A stretch of DNA of 64,000 nucleotides, taken from the NCBI GenBank assembly GCA_028534125.1, contig CM052816.1, positions 50,656,001 to 50,720,000 on the forward strand, given 5' to 3'. This document shows, piece by piece, positions 46,941-60,450 of this stretch. Both the position numbers and the translations under genes were made by a program. Under the pieces are notes generated by a model, which was given only the letters and a program-made list of their open reading frames with translations, was not told the origin of the DNA and searched no databases. The DNA comes from Lama glama (taxonomy: Eukaryota). The first letter of the stretch is position 1, and each line of letters opens with the position of its first letter.

Positions 46941-47316
46941 TGTTATGGACTCAATGTTTGGAGCTATGTTTATGTCTGCCCAAAATTCATGTGTTAAACC
47001 TCCAATGTGATGGTATTAGGAGGTGGGGCCCAGGGAAATAATAAGGTTTAGATGAGGTCATAAGGATGGGGACCCCATGATGGGGTCCTCATTTTTTGTA
47101 ATAAAAGGGACATCAGAGCTTCCTTTCTCTGGCATGTGAAGATATTGTGAGAAGGCAGTGGTCTGCAAGCCAGGAAGAAGGCCGTTACCAAGACCTGACT
47201 CTGTCAGCACCTCGATCCTGGATTGCCCGGCTTTCAGAACTGTGAAAAATAAATGTCAGTTAAGCCATCCAACCTATGGGATTTTGCTACGGAGATAGCT
47301 CAAGCAGATTAAGACA
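46941..47316 (+). mobile_element. MLT1A-type solo LTR (376 bp)
   Basis: TGTTATGGACTCAATGTTT...aatgtgatggtattaggaggtggggcc...ATTAAGACA; perfect 5-bp TSD AGCTA at 46936-46940 and 47317-47321. Confidence 0.92.
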
Positions 47317-47659
47317 AGCTACATTCTCTGCCTATTACTCTCACCCAGTGTCTGCAATATGAAATTCAGACTTTCGCTATAGATAGTTTTCCAATTTCAT
47401 CTTGGTAATTCTCCCCCTGACACCCAACCCTGCACCTGTGCCAACCACACTGAACTACTTGTAGTTCTCTGACAGCACCTTGCCATCTGAGGACTGTCTG
47501 CCTTGGCAGATGTACTTCTTTCCTGGAGTGCATTTCTTCTCTTGCCTGCCTGACAAATCTATTTATCCTTTAACTTTCTCCTTAGAATCATCTCCTCTGG
47601 GAGGTTTTCCTTAACTCTCCTGGGAAAGTTTAAAGTGCACCCTGAATTCCTCTATTAGA

Positions 47660-47945
47660 ACATAATGTCTCAAAGCATCAGTGGTAAGGGACCAGTATTT
47701 TTTTTTAACTCAGATCTATCATGGACTAATAATTTTGTAAAATACAGTACAGATACATTCATAGAAAAATGAAATAAAAAGATATATACAATCTCGATTT
47801 TTAACCACTATATTCAACAGATACAAAATTACTCTGTCAATGTGCTATAAAAGTTTTAAACTCTTTCAATTTCTGTACTTATCTTGCCACAATAAACATC
47901 CTGTGGACTAGCAGTGGTGCTCAGATCACACTCTGGGTAGCACTA
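47660..47945. mobile_element. Non-autonomous hAT-Charlie-type element, family uncertain
   Basis: Terminal-repeat-like ends gtctcaaag and cacactctgggtagcact, AT-rich interior. Confidence 0.55.
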
Positions 47946-49026
47946 TACTTGAACAGCATTAATACTATATTTGCATTTTCAGCACAGATCAGATATTTCC
48001 TTAACAGCAGAGACCATCTTTTACTGATCTTTATGCCAAAACACATGTCAATTCATCTAACACTCTGTAGTTGCTCACTGAATACGAGTGGAGGGACAGG
48101 CCAGGGTGAACTGACTCAAGTCCGGTCTTTTGCAGGGACTTGTGTCATTCCCTCTCTGGGACATACTGCACATTGAATTCTTACAAGTCCTTACTCAAGA
48201 TCAGACCAGAAATAATCACAATCAATCCATAGGGTAAGAAACATATAACCTTAATATTTTCAGTTTATTCTTTGTTGGCTCATAGGAGGCCCAGTTATAA
48301 TCTCTCCTGAGAAGAAAGAAGAGATGAACAGAACCCAGAGTGGGAAATGCGGGGTTCCTTCCAATACTGGCAGAGGTATCTCTCCGTCATGTTTATCCCC
48401 TGCTCTTTACACATCTCTACTCTCTCACCTCATTATACATGCAGTTCCTTTGAAACCCACACAGCATCACCTCACCTTGTACACCGGACATCTCTCTCCG
48501 GCCCCTGGCATTCATTCACTTCCCCAGGCACTATAGGCACAAGGTTGTCCATCTGGCAGACTTCCAGGGCAAACAAATGGTATTCTATCGAAGCACCATT
48601 CAGAAAGTGACTCATAATTGTGTTAGATAATCCTGTTCTCAAAAAGTTCCTTCGCAGTCTCAATGGCTTATCCCTCCCACAGCACTGGACATCTCACAAT
48701 TTTATCGGGACCCTGTCTTTTCAATAGGTTTTTCCCACCTCCCACTCCTTAGCCTATTTTTAATTGCTTGTCTCTCACTCATGAGTTTCCTGTTTCTTTC
48801 TTATGCAAAGCAGTTTATTTCTCTCTGCATATGTGGTATCCTCCCAAACTATTGGATATGTAACTCAACAGCTACAAATGAATACTGCAAAATGTGTTAT
48901 AGAATGTCTTACAGCATGAGCTGCAGCTGAAAATGCCTCGTTTCAATAAGGTGCTGGAGAAAACCAGCAGTAGTTTCAAAGCTCTAAGGCAGAAACTGGG
49001 TGTGAGCTTTGATGACTCTTTCCTCT

Positions 49027-49202
49027 CCTTTTCTTTTCTTTTTTTTTTTTGTAAGAATTTTTAGTTGTAAGAGTGTATTCTGGAAAGCAGATCTTTGTTA
49101 GATACGTGATTCATTTTGTGGGCTGTCTTTTCATTTTCTTGATGGTATCCTTTGACGCACAAAAGTTTTTATTTTAATGAAGTCCAATTTATTTTTTCTT
49201 TG
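49027..49202 (-). mobile_element. Short L1 ORF2 3' fragment next to a T-rich tract
   Basis: gtcttttcattttcttgatggtatcctttgacgcacaaaagtttttattttaatgaagtccaattt; reverse encodes KLDFIKIKTFVRQRI, compare ORF2 KWDxIKLKSFC. Confidence 0.8.
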
Positions 49203-49267
49203 GAATCCTCATTGCCTTTTAAAGGTTACTTTTTCACAATTAATTTACAGAATCATAGAAATTATGA

Positions 49268-49442
49268 TGTCCTCAAATGTTAATATGCACCAGAATCACC
49301 TGGGGGCTTATGAAAAGTGAGGATTCTCTCATCCTGTTCCAAGACATTCTGAGTCAGTAGGTATGGCTCTGGACCTCATAATCTGCATTTTCAATAAGCA
49401 GTTCAGGAGATTCTCAAGTAAGAAGTTTAGGGGCACATTGTT
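49268..49442. mobile_element. MER5-type MITE
   Basis: atgcaccagaatcacctggggg...ttctgagtcagtagg...aatctgcattttcaataagc. Confidence 0.8.
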
Positions 49443-49487
49443 TTCTAAGTAACAGACTTACTCTAGAGATCATCTAGTTTATATCCC

Positions 49488-50018
49488 TGAGGTGGACCCA
49501 CTCATGGTGACCCAAATGATTCGTGCCTCTAGTATAATCCCCTCCTCTTGAGCAGATGAAACCTATGATTTGCTTCTAATAAACAGAATATGGCAAAGGT
49601 GACGGGAAGTCACTCCTGTGATTGTTTTGTTATATAAGAATCCATCTTAGTGCACTGGAGAGAAAGATTCTCCTGCTGGTCTGGAAGAAGCTAATGGCAT
49701 CGTACAAAATGCTGATGGAGAGGCTGGGAACTGTGGGTAGCCTCCAGCTAATGACCAATAAGACGCCAGGGACCTCAGTCCTACAACCACAAGGAAATAA
49801 ATTCTCCCAACAATATGAATGAGCTTAGAAACAGATTCTTCCTTATTCAAATCTCCAAATCAATTCAACACATTGATTGAAGGTTGATGAGATCGTGAGT
49901 AGAAGAGCCAGCTAAACTATGCCTGGACTTCTGATCCACAGAAGCTACTACATAAAATGTGTGTTTTTTGAAGCTGTTAAATTTGTGATAACTTGTTACA
50001 CAACAAAAGAAAACAAAT
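49488..50018 (+). mobile_element. MLT1 (E/F-like) LTR
   Basis: gatttgcttctaataaacagaatatggcaaaggtgacggga...cagtcctacaaccacaaggaaataaattctcccaacaa...aatttgtgataacttgttacac. Confidence 0.88.
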
Positions 50019-52829
50019 GAAACAAACGCACTGCCTAAACCTGTACTTCTCAGCCTGTTTTAGTCCGTGTCCCCCATTTTACAAATATAAATATATACAT
50101 TTACCACTCTTTTAATGTTACCGAAAATACAAAGTAAAAGTAAGTACTTTGACCAAAACAAAACAAAAAACAAAAACAAGTAATGGCATAAAGGTTGCTT
50201 TGTTTTCAAAGTATATACAACTCTATTTCTAACTTTGGTATTTGCCTTAATGTCCAAATAAATTTCAAATAGATGAAGTGACTTGTCCAAAGTCACAAAG
50301 CTAGTCTGTGGCTGTCACCATCATATGTTGTCTCTTTTCTAAGCAACTCCTTCAATCTTCTTGAAGAAAGAGTCCATACTTAATATTATGGAGACCACTT
50401 TTTCCAAGGAAAAATTAGAAGTGGTCTGACAAAGGAAATTTTCTAGTTGGTAAATATATTAGTAGGAAAGGTCTTATGATAGATAAATATTAAATCACAT
50501 GTAACTGTACACTTAAAATACAATCTTCACTGAAAAGATTAAAATGACCCAAAACCAGAGCCATGCAAAAACCTCTGTTTCATAGCAGCATCATTAATCT
50601 GCAGTGTTTGTGGGGTCCAGATTGTCAAGAATCACTCTGCGACGTTGGTTAAACATGCACCTTCTACAGCTTCTAGAGGGACCTGGAACTCTGTATGGTA
50701 GGAAGAGCCCAGGTAAGTCCTATGAGGAGGCACGTTTGGGAGACTGAGTAATATGAGCAATATTTGTTAACTGATTACTCAGTAGGTAGATTGACGTGTA
50801 GGTGTTCAGCTGTTTAATTGCTCATAAGCACACTCAGCTTCTGTGTTGGGTTTTAAGGGAAGTTCAAGTAGAGAATATCTATATCGAACATACCATCAGT
50901 TAAGTACGGAAGAAATTAAAAGTGAATGTGCTGAATTTATAATACAGTTGACTTCTAATGACTTTTTTCTTTCTGAAAATAAAAATGAACGGGGATGGAA
51001 GCATTCATTGTCAAAACACACATTTTTGAAACTTATCATCGCTAATACTGTTAATGAACATGCCCACGTATCCTGAGAGCAAGGTCAACAAAGGAAAACT
51101 GCCTCTCAGAATGGCAAAGGAGATCGAATAGGAAAAACAGAGCGAAAAGAAACATTCAGTGACTTCTCAGCCTTTCATAAACTCTCATAATCAGAGTTTG
51201 AATCCTGTCCGGATTGACGGAGTCCAAAAGAAAGATTTAAACATGTTTGTTTCCCCACCCCCCAGCTCCCTAGACCTTGTGGTTAGCAGATAGATCTTTC
51301 ACTTTTGATAAATTAGTTGCAGATGAATCAGACACATGTGAACTATATGTATTCTCATTTATAAGTAGGGGAAACATACTTGGCAAATACATTTGGTTAA
51401 TGCCGAAGTCTAAATGTTTCAGAAATAGCCTGTGGTATTTTCAGAAAACAAAACATGTCCACTCTGTCAGCAGTCTAACTTCAATGTATTTACATAATGC
51501 TTATTTAGCCTTAAACTAAATTAACAGAAAAGTTCATATTGCAAAAGAACATTTTTACTAACTCATGGGCACTGACTTGGCTGGTCTCTACTATTCTCTG
51601 TCAATCACACACTCTTTAAAGTTCAGTCCTTTTCCCCCCACATGGTACAGTATAGGAATAACACAAAGGCAAGTGGTTCCAAGTTCAGCACATTTCCCAT
51701 TCTCACCTTTTCCCACTGGTTGGTGGATCTTTAACAGATGCAAATACTATATAGAATTCTGCATATATTCTCCAATGTGTGTTGTTGAAAGAACAATCAG
51801 TAACACACAAAGTTAATATAATACTGAAACACAATGTGCAGCTCACATCCTATGTGTACTTGTACAGCTAAGGTGACATTATACAAAGAAGAGTGGTATT
51901 TTATCTGGTGACTATCACATATGGTTTCTTCATTTTTAATTTGTTATATAATGTTATTTTTATATCCCACCCAGACAATTATTAACATTAGAGCATTTCC
52001 CTGAATCATCAGTTATTTTACTCATATAACATTTTTAAAAATTGGTAAACTGATGCCAAAATAACCTAGTTATTCTGAATATTTAAACACATGATAGAAA
52101 CACTTGAGGAACTTCAGTTAAGGATGTTTTAAAAAATAAAGTGCAGCCCCATTTTATATGGAGATTAGGTTTTAAGTGACCATGTAAGATAAAACTTTCC
52201 TGTAGTCAAACCCACTCTCCAATACCCTTGCGAGGCCACTGAGGCTAGGCTGCACTTTGTCGTGCACGACTGCTGTATGGCAATCCTTCAGCACGTAGAA
52301 TTTGTGAGCTGCTGAGCTAGACTCCAGGAAGGAGCAAAGGAGAGTCACTGTACAGAGATTACAGCCACCGGATCCTTCTGCCTCTAAGAGACCAGTGAAA
52401 TCCCCACAGACCCAAGGAGGGAATGGATAGAACATTCTAATGTGCTCCTCCATCCTGCGGGCATTTTTTCCTTTTGGCTTTTGTAACTTTAACACCTGCT
52501 AACAGACCACGTTTGAGGGGAGCTCTGAGGCGATAGTGAGCCCGCATCTTAGAGAGGGTCAGTTTCTAAAGACAGAACTTCAAGTAAAGAGCATTTAAAT
52601 GGGACTATGCTGATTCATTAAGTTGGGTGGTGGGGGAGAGAGTCAATGAAAGGTTTTGTTTTTGCGTCACCACTTCTAGTGGAAAACAAGTCCACAGAAA
52701 GAAAAGATATTGCTAGTAGGATTATCAACATTTTTACTAAACAAACGTGAAATAATTCATCCCAGAAACTGAAGTCATGTCAGGAACATAAATGCAAGAA
52801 GTAGCCATTCAGAAGATCATGAAAAAAGA

Positions 52830-52965
52830 GCAATTCTCAAGCTGTCAAGTGCACACAAATTACCTGGAGATCCTGTTCAGGTGCATATTGGAGCTGAGAC
52901 TGCACATCTGACAACCAGTGGACGCCGACACTGCTGGACCCCCCGACCACACTGAGCAGCAGGAA
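52830..52965. mobile_element. MER5A-type MITE
   Basis: caattctcaagc...aattacctggagatcctgtt...ctgagactgcacatctgacaa...gaccacactgagcagc. Confidence 0.75.
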
Positions 52966-54339
52966 TGTCAGTGACCCATGTGGAACGGTGATCCCGAAAT
53001 CACACTGCACTGCAGGTGAAGATTGAAGGGTGACAATTACTAACCCTAAATCTACAAAACAATAACAATACATTGATCTATGATCTTAATGTACCGTAAG
53101 CAGCCCTTATGTTCTGTTTTCAGGCAAGTGTTACTTTCCTATTCACATTTTCAAATCCAGTGCTGCACAGAAACCATATAGAGGGTTTTCTTTAGGAATG
53201 GGGGCCAATTTCATGTCAATAGATGAAGGAGCTTGTGCCATGTTATATTTTTACGTCAGCAATGCTAATGGACAAAGAAAACAACTGGTGGGTGTGGGAG
53301 GTTTGTCAGCTGTTTACATGAAGAAGCAACTGCAATTACTGAGGTGCAATTACTGTTTAATTTTAAGCTTTACTTCTATGTTTAGTATAGTTATTTTATG
53401 ATTATGGACTAGAATGAGGCAAAAACATAACAAACGAAACTTCTGTTTTGGTCAATTCATTAGGGCAGCCACTCAATATATGAAAAGAACGACAAAACAG
53501 TTCCATAATCACCAAACTTCTTACCAGAATTCTCTGGTTACGTGGCTTAATTTACTAACTCGTTTGATCAAAACAGCTCATCCCCCTCAAAGTTCTGACA
53601 CCTCTCTTTTTAGAAGCTTTTCAAATGAAGTGAATCACAAACCCCAAGTAACTTGATAGAAAAGTGTCAAAACATATTGCTGATTCAGTTTTTTCTGGAA
53701 ACAGAATTCTAGAGCTACTTTAATAAAGCTTTTAAAATTGGAGGTAACTCAATAAATTTGGAAAAAAAAAACCAAAATGACTCTCAAGAAACAAAGGAAA
53801 TAATACAAAAAAGAAAAACAATAGAAGGATTTATGTATAACAGATATTAAATGTATAGTGCCATATAAATTTTAAAAATGAAAATCTGTTCTGACAACTT
53901 ACAATGTTAGATTGATTAGAAAAGTTTTGGAACATTACCAAGCTCCATGAAAGACATGGGAAGTCATTTCAAACAAAAGGGGTAAAGTTTTTTTTTTTTT
54001 TAAGTTTTCCTCTATATTGAAGAATATTACAATACAACAGCAGACCAGGATTTTCTGGAGGGTTGCCATGTGTTCCATGGAAAAAGAAATAACATACATC
54101 AATATGGATAATTAGAACAGATACCAGTTCAGCTAATGTCTTATTGCCAATGTCAAGTGGTTAGAAGAAAAATACCAATACAAACCAATTTATTAGATTT
54201 GCTTTTTACTTCTGTGTGAAAAGGAATGGTAAATTGTTTTTGTAACACCTGGTTAATGAACCTGATTTTTTGCCCTTTTCCACCTTGCCTGCCATGAAAA
54301 TTAGTTTAAAAATGAAAAGCAATGGCTTTTATTATGAAT

Positions 54340-54720
54340 CTCCTACCTGCATGCTTTTCTTGCAAAATGAGTATTGCTGTCTTGTGTGCCTGTGTGTAAA
54401 TTGCTTTCTTATACTTCTGTCCTCAAGCACCATTGTTCTAAAATTCATCCATATTACTATGTATATATGGAACCCATTGCTTCTAAGAGTTACACCCCAC
54501 CATGTGTATCCATCACACTGTCACCGTGACAGACACCCATGTTGCTCCAGCTCATCCAAGAGATGTCCTTGTACATTTCTTCTTGGATCTGAGTGAGCAC
54601 ATTTTTGGGATATAGACCAAGAATGAAATAGTTGGAGGTTTCCAGTCTTAGAGAACGTCTTCTCCATATCAACCAAGACTACTCCAACTTTGGTTGCCAC
54701 GTAAGGTTTTACATCCACAG
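54340..54720 (-). mobile_element. Old L1 ORF2-end/3' UTR fragment
   Basis: ttctaaaattcatccatatt...gtccttgtacatttcttc...catttttgggatatagaccaagaatgaaatagttgg. Confidence 0.7.
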
Positions 54721-54789
54721 CTTCAAAGAAGAACATGGTCTAGCATGGCTGGGACAGGGATGTTTAGGAATTTATTTATTATTCTTTCA

Positions 54790-54960
54790 TACATTCAGCA
54801 GTTTCCTAAATACCTACTATATGTATTTGATGGTATAAAAATAAATATCCTATCTTTCACCATAAGCCATTTTTTACAGATGGGTAAAATACAGCCTGAG
54901 GTCATGTGATTGGTATGTGACAGAGTCAGGATTTGGAAAAAAGTCTATCTAATTTCAAAT
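54790..54960 (-). mobile_element. MIR fragment
   Basis: ccattttttacagatgggtaaa...gtgacagagtcaggatttgga. Confidence 0.65.
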
Positions 54961-57734
54961 TCCCTAGAGAGAACAAAATAGAGAGAATATTACCTTTAGA
55001 GGAAAACTGTCACCTTGCTCTCCCGAGAATGGGAAATAACGGAAAATAGATGTTCTTTCTCAGAAAATTCACAGATACGGTTCTTGAATTGTCAGTGGAA
55101 AATAGTTCCTTGGCAAGATGGGTCTTCGACCCAAGAGTTCTGACAGAGTACTTCTGTGTCCAGAGAGAAGACGATGCTCTGAGGCCCAGGCTAGGGTTCT
55201 GAGTGGAGGGCAAGCAGTAGGATCTGACAGCAGAAGCTTATAGAAGGGCAAGGCTCCCCTTCCAGGCACCTTCACTCCCTTTCCTCAGTACTTTCTTTAA
55301 TACAAACTCCAGCAGAATGCACACAGGGCATGGAGCAGTGTGATGAGAAGGAAATAGGCTGAATGACCCCTATGGGGAGACAAGGAGCTCATGCTAGGTG
55401 AGGAGGGTGAAAGAACTTAGGGTCAAAGCAACTAAGAACTCCTCAATCAGGGGTCTCAACTTGGTCTAGGCTGACAGCTTCGAAACGTGAAAAGCATTTC
55501 AGGGAATGTGTTACGACAATGGTTGTCCATTTAGTATCAGTATTGAGTGACATATGTCATTGCTAAAAGCTACAATGCCTTTAGTATTACTTTAATTTGT
55601 ACCTAACATTTTACAAACTAGTCTATGTTTTTATTTTATTGCTTTATCTTCTATGATCTTTTATTTTACTCTTTTACTTTTGCTGGTTGCATAAGGAAAG
55701 CTCAGGTGTGTCTTGTGTGGTAATAGCGGGGTACTCTTGACTTCCTTTTTGGTGCTTTTATATGAAAAGAAACCCAGCTGCTTTTGTGATCACTGTAGCC
55801 TACCTCATCTAGGGCTCTGAGGCATCAGCACAGAGGCTGGTGACTGTGGCTTTGCCCTGCCAGCCACGGATGCTTCCTCTGGGATTCCCCAGCCAGGTCA
55901 CAGATGTCCATGCTGCTAGAGGCCTGGGGAGAGTCTGAGAGCTCTGGGGACTCCAGCATCATGGCCATGAGTGAGAGAGTAGACTTCCCAAGACAAGCTG
56001 GCTCACCAGGGCCGGCCTTTGGGGGAGCTGGGTGGTGAGGGATGGTTCCCCAGGGTACTCAGCACTTCTGCAGGAGCTATTACTGGAAGTGGAATCCAGG
56101 CAGCGCTGGCACTAATCGTGGGGCTAGGAGCTGGCCGCTGGAGGGCCTGGCTGCCATGATCTGCTTGTGGACTAATGGAAACCCCTGTGCGTTATTGTGT
56201 ACAGTAGGGACTGAGGGCTCTGGACCACCCAACCCATTTGTAGGGGCAACTGCTGAAGGCTGCTCCACCACCAAGAAACATGAGTGTATATTTATTGTAT
56301 TACATTATCACATACAGCCTAAAGCCTCAGGTTAACACTTGATGAGCATCTGGATTCCTAAATTGTAATGATTTACTCTTTCCACTCATCTACAAGAACT
56401 CATGCCTTGAAAACCGCTATTCTAAATGCCCCAAATCCGTGACCCTACTTGAGCACTTAACCCCCTTGTATTGATATTCTTAGGTTCTATCTTTTGATAT
56501 TCATATTCTTCCATCTCCTTCATGTGGATTGTAAACTTGTAAACTCTCTAGAAAGAGAAATCATATATCACATTCTAATGCCCAGAATGTTCGGGAGCAA
56601 GAACAGTGCTTTGCAGAGAGCTTTGCTAAATAGGGAGAAAAAAATATATTAAGCACCCGCTTAGTGCCAGGAATTGTGGTGAGTGCTTTACTTTTATTGT
56701 GGACACTGAAGTAACTCCATCACGTCCATTCCTTTGCACAGAAACAAAGGAATGGTTTCTCAACAGTCTAATCCCCTGTTAATCCCACTCCTTTTTCTGT
56801 GGGGGCTTCTAGAACCCAGGTTTAAGCCAATCAGAGCATTGCACTCACCTAATGAGTCATTAGATTAAGGCTGGGGATCAGACCAAAACTGGGTGATCAA
56901 ACTGAAAGGAAAGATTTTTTTTTCTGTTTTTGAGGATGGAGCCAAAGCTGTGGGCAGTGATAAATGGAAAGATGTAGATCCCACAGGGTCATTAAATTAA
57001 TCAACTGAACCTAAACTGAGCTGGGCAGAGGTCCTCTGTTTGCTCCCTGTATCCACCATCTACATTTCCCACCCTGCTCTGTCTGAAAGGCTGACTTGTT
57101 TGGACCTGTGAGGATGGGGTCTCTTGTCCTCTGGCTCTGACCAACGGGGAACACTGGCAGGAGATGCAAAGAGGGAGTAGAAAAAGGTCGGCGTATTTAT
57201 TCTGAGGCAGCATCCTGTTCTGGAACTCCTTCTGTGAGATCATACATTCCCTTACTATTTAAATTAGTTTGAGCTATGTTTTTAGTTACAGTGAAACATG
57301 AACAGTAACACATAGCTTAGCTGATGTAAGTCTTAGAAGTTAAGATGGCATTATTATTTCCACGTTACTCTAAGGGAACCAAGACCCAGAGAGGCTGAAC
57401 ATCTTGGACAAAGAGCTGAAGTGGCTGCTTTTTCTCTTTCAGTTTAGAGACTTTATGTTTACTAAATGCTCTATTATAATACTGTGGCTTTGTTTTAAAA
57501 ATTTATTAACTGTGTTTCAAATACTTTCTTAACCAAATATTATAATCAGAAAATAAGACTCATTTAACTTTTTGTATAGGTTTCAGCTACTGCCTGGGTG
57601 CCATATATATACTCTTTCATCATTTAATCACACCTAATCTGAGAAGATTCTTTAAAAAACAGACATATAACTAGAGGAACCAATTTGCCTTTTCTTGAAG
57701 GACATCCCTGGGATACACCGTAAAAGGTTTAAAA

Positions 57735-58470
57735 AAACTATTTATTTAGAACCAGTCTCAACTTACAGACAAGTTGCACAAACAGTATAAAGACCATCTC
57801 TACAAGCTTTGCCAAAGATTGTGCTATTGTCCATATTCTGCCCCAGTTACTTTTTCCCTCCCTCTCTGCCTCTGTGCCTCTTTCCCTTTCCCTTTCTTTC
57901 CTTCTTTCTCTTTCTTTTTTTCTTTCTTTCCCTCTCCTCTTTTTTCACCTTTCTCTTTCATCTTCTCTCTCTCTCATATATGTATATTTTTCTGAACTGT
58001 TTGAGAATACATTCCATACATTGTGGATACTTCACTGTGTATCTCCTAAGAATAAGGAAGTTCTCTTACATGATCACAGTACAGTTATCAACTTCGGGGC
58101 ATTTAACATTGGATACTTTAATCTCCAATAAATAGTTCAGTTTTTTCAATTAGCCCAATAATGTTGTTTGTAGCATTTCCCCTCCATACAGGATCCAGTC
58201 TAAGATCACACATTATCTTTCCATTGACTTTTATCACCTATGTCATTTGTGAAACCTCCAGCCTCACTCCTTCCTTTTAAATAAAATGCTCCAAAATTAC
58301 TTTTCGGATGTTTCATGATTAGACTCACTTTATGCATGTCCTGTCACAGGACTACCTAAGTGGGGTTGTGTCCTTCTCAGGATATTACACCCAGAGGCAC
58401 CCAAGTCCGTCTGCCCTTCCTGGATATTTTAATTGAGACCACCTGGTCAATATGCTGTCCGATTTCTCCA
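57735..58470 (-). mobile_element. L1MC-type 3' UTR with an internal CT-rich low-complexity tract (about 57850-57975)
   Basis: tcaacttacagacaagttgcacaaacagta...gtgtatctcctaagaataagg...atcacagtacagttatcaac...caggatccagtctaagatcacac. Confidence 0.8.
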
Positions 58471-60329
58471 CGACACAGGAGGGAGGCCTGAATTTTAAAA
58501 GCAGGATTTGCCAGACTGTAAAGCACTGCTACTGGCTGCCTCCTGTTGACTTTGATTCATCCGCCCTTACTGAGAACCTTAGTGGAGCCGTTATTTGCTG
58601 AGGCTAATTGAAGAGAGTTTTCTTTCTCATGAGACTAAAGTCTGGGCAAGGGAGGTTACCATCAAAGGATTTCTACAGCTTCTGAATTGTTTTCACATCC
58701 TCACAATTGGCCTCTCACTATTCAATCAAGTAACTCTTAAGGGAAAACGAATTCAATCGATTTTCCAAACCTCTTCCCTTGCTGGCTCACATTGCTTTTA
58801 GGGTATCTCACCTTCTCTGTAAAAGAAATGTGTGTTCTGTCTGCTCAGACCTGGGGTGGTTTGTTTCCAAGTAGCTGGCAAATTGCTTCGTTCTCAGAAG
58901 CGGGGTTGCGGGGAGGAGTGGGAGATGGAAGAAGGAGGGCGCTCGGGGGTGGGATGGCCACCCAAGGGGTTTCACAATAGTTGGCTCCTCTTCCTTCCAC
59001 ATCACTGGGCTCCAAGGGGCCTTCGCGACTTGGTCCTAGTCCACCCTGACAGTGCTAAAGATCACATCTCCAGTATCTGTCACTTCATCTTTCCTGATTG
59101 GTTTTCCTTGTCCCAGAAGGCAGTTGGGAAGACAGGAAACTTTGGGCAGGCTTTGCAGGGGGGTTCTCCTGGCTCATTCAGTTCAGTAGGTGCTGAGTCA
59201 AAATGTATCCTAGTCCTCAAAGACCTTTACAGGGAGTAAAGCCAAACTCTTTATCTGTAATTACATTCTGTTGATTCATATGAAGTCACTGCCTTTGGTC
59301 TCTTTGGGTCTGGACAAGGCTACCAGGAGACAACGATGGGCATTGTCAAAGTACATAGTGCTGGTTGGAGCAGTGGGTACAGAGAAGTGTGGTCTGTGTG
59401 TTTCACTGCAGGATGTAAATCACACAGGAGAATCTGGTAACTATTATGAGGCTGAAATAAGCACATATAGTCACAGAACAAAGCCACCAAATTATGTGTT
59501 TAACATAATAATAATTATAAAAGCTTTAGAGGCATCATTTTGAACTATCTGCAGCCATGAGTCCGGAGGGCTTCCTTCAAGTATGGGGAACGCTGGAAAA
59601 TGAATGGTGACAGGAAGCTGGGGCGGCAAGCAGGCTCAGCCATTAGTTTTCTTTTGTGTGTGAGCCATTGTTTTAAAGTTCAAATGCAATACTCAGTGTA
59701 TCATTTGTCCCCACAAATTACCCCTTGGATGGTTCACTCCGAGCGCCAGCTTCTCTGGGGTACCTTCTGGATTTTACAAGTGGGTCCTATCCAACAATGA
59801 TTATTATTCTTCAAGAAATTATCCAGAGTGGGTTGTTACATGACAGACATGTGGTTTGAGTTTTGTTGGAAACGCAGAACAAAGGGATCTGAGAGTGTTT
59901 CTTTTTGTTATCTGAGCTGTGTGGCTCTGAGGAAACATGAGATCGTTCATTATTCAAATGAGAATTTTTCTTGCCTTTCATTTTCAGCTTTATTTCTGTA
60001 TATCCATGACATTTCAGCAAGCAAGCTGCCTCCTCCAGAAGCACCATCTGCTTTTCTTTTCAACTGTGACACCATCTGAGAGAATACCTTCTCACTCGTA
60101 GAAATCCATGTGGGGTGAGGGGAAGGGTGTTATTATATATATGATTATGGATGAATATATACATATATAGGTATGTATCTCTCTCAGGGTGTGTGTATGT
60201 ATGTACTTTTTTGTTTGCTTTAACACTACAGCATAGATGTATAAGCAAAAAATTTGGTCTCAGTAAGACAACTAAGCAAGCATGTCCAACCCAGCTTTCT
60301 CTCATGTTTCAAGCTCTTTCTCAGGGCAA

Positions 60330-60450
60330 TAGGTTGTAAATTCCATGAGCATGGGGATTTTTGTCTATTTGTTTATTGGTATATTCCTGGCATCTAGAAG
60401 AGTGTCTCATATACAGTAGGTGCTAAATTAATAGTTGTTGAATGAAATAA
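60330..60450 (+). mobile_element. L2 3' tail
   Basis: tgtaaattccatgagc...gcatctagaagagtgtctcatatacagtaggtgctaaattaatagttgttgaatgaa. Confidence 0.85.

Larger units (their letters stand above)
46550..48090 (+). mobile_element. Degenerate L2 carrying nested MLT1A and hAT insertions
   Basis: L2-like blocks gttgatgactttacaaacc, ccaaccacactgaactacttgtagttc and tail gtagttgctcactgaatacgagtgga. Confidence 0.65.

Noticed and set aside
50700..50720. CAG|GTAAGT donor-like site
   Set aside because: Lies in degenerate MER5-like sequence with no pyrimidine tract or paired acceptor; illustrates the chance background
51180..51212. tRNA-Met-like words (tctcataatc, gagtttgaatcc)
   Set aside because: Spacing too short for a cloverleaf; no A box or acceptor stem
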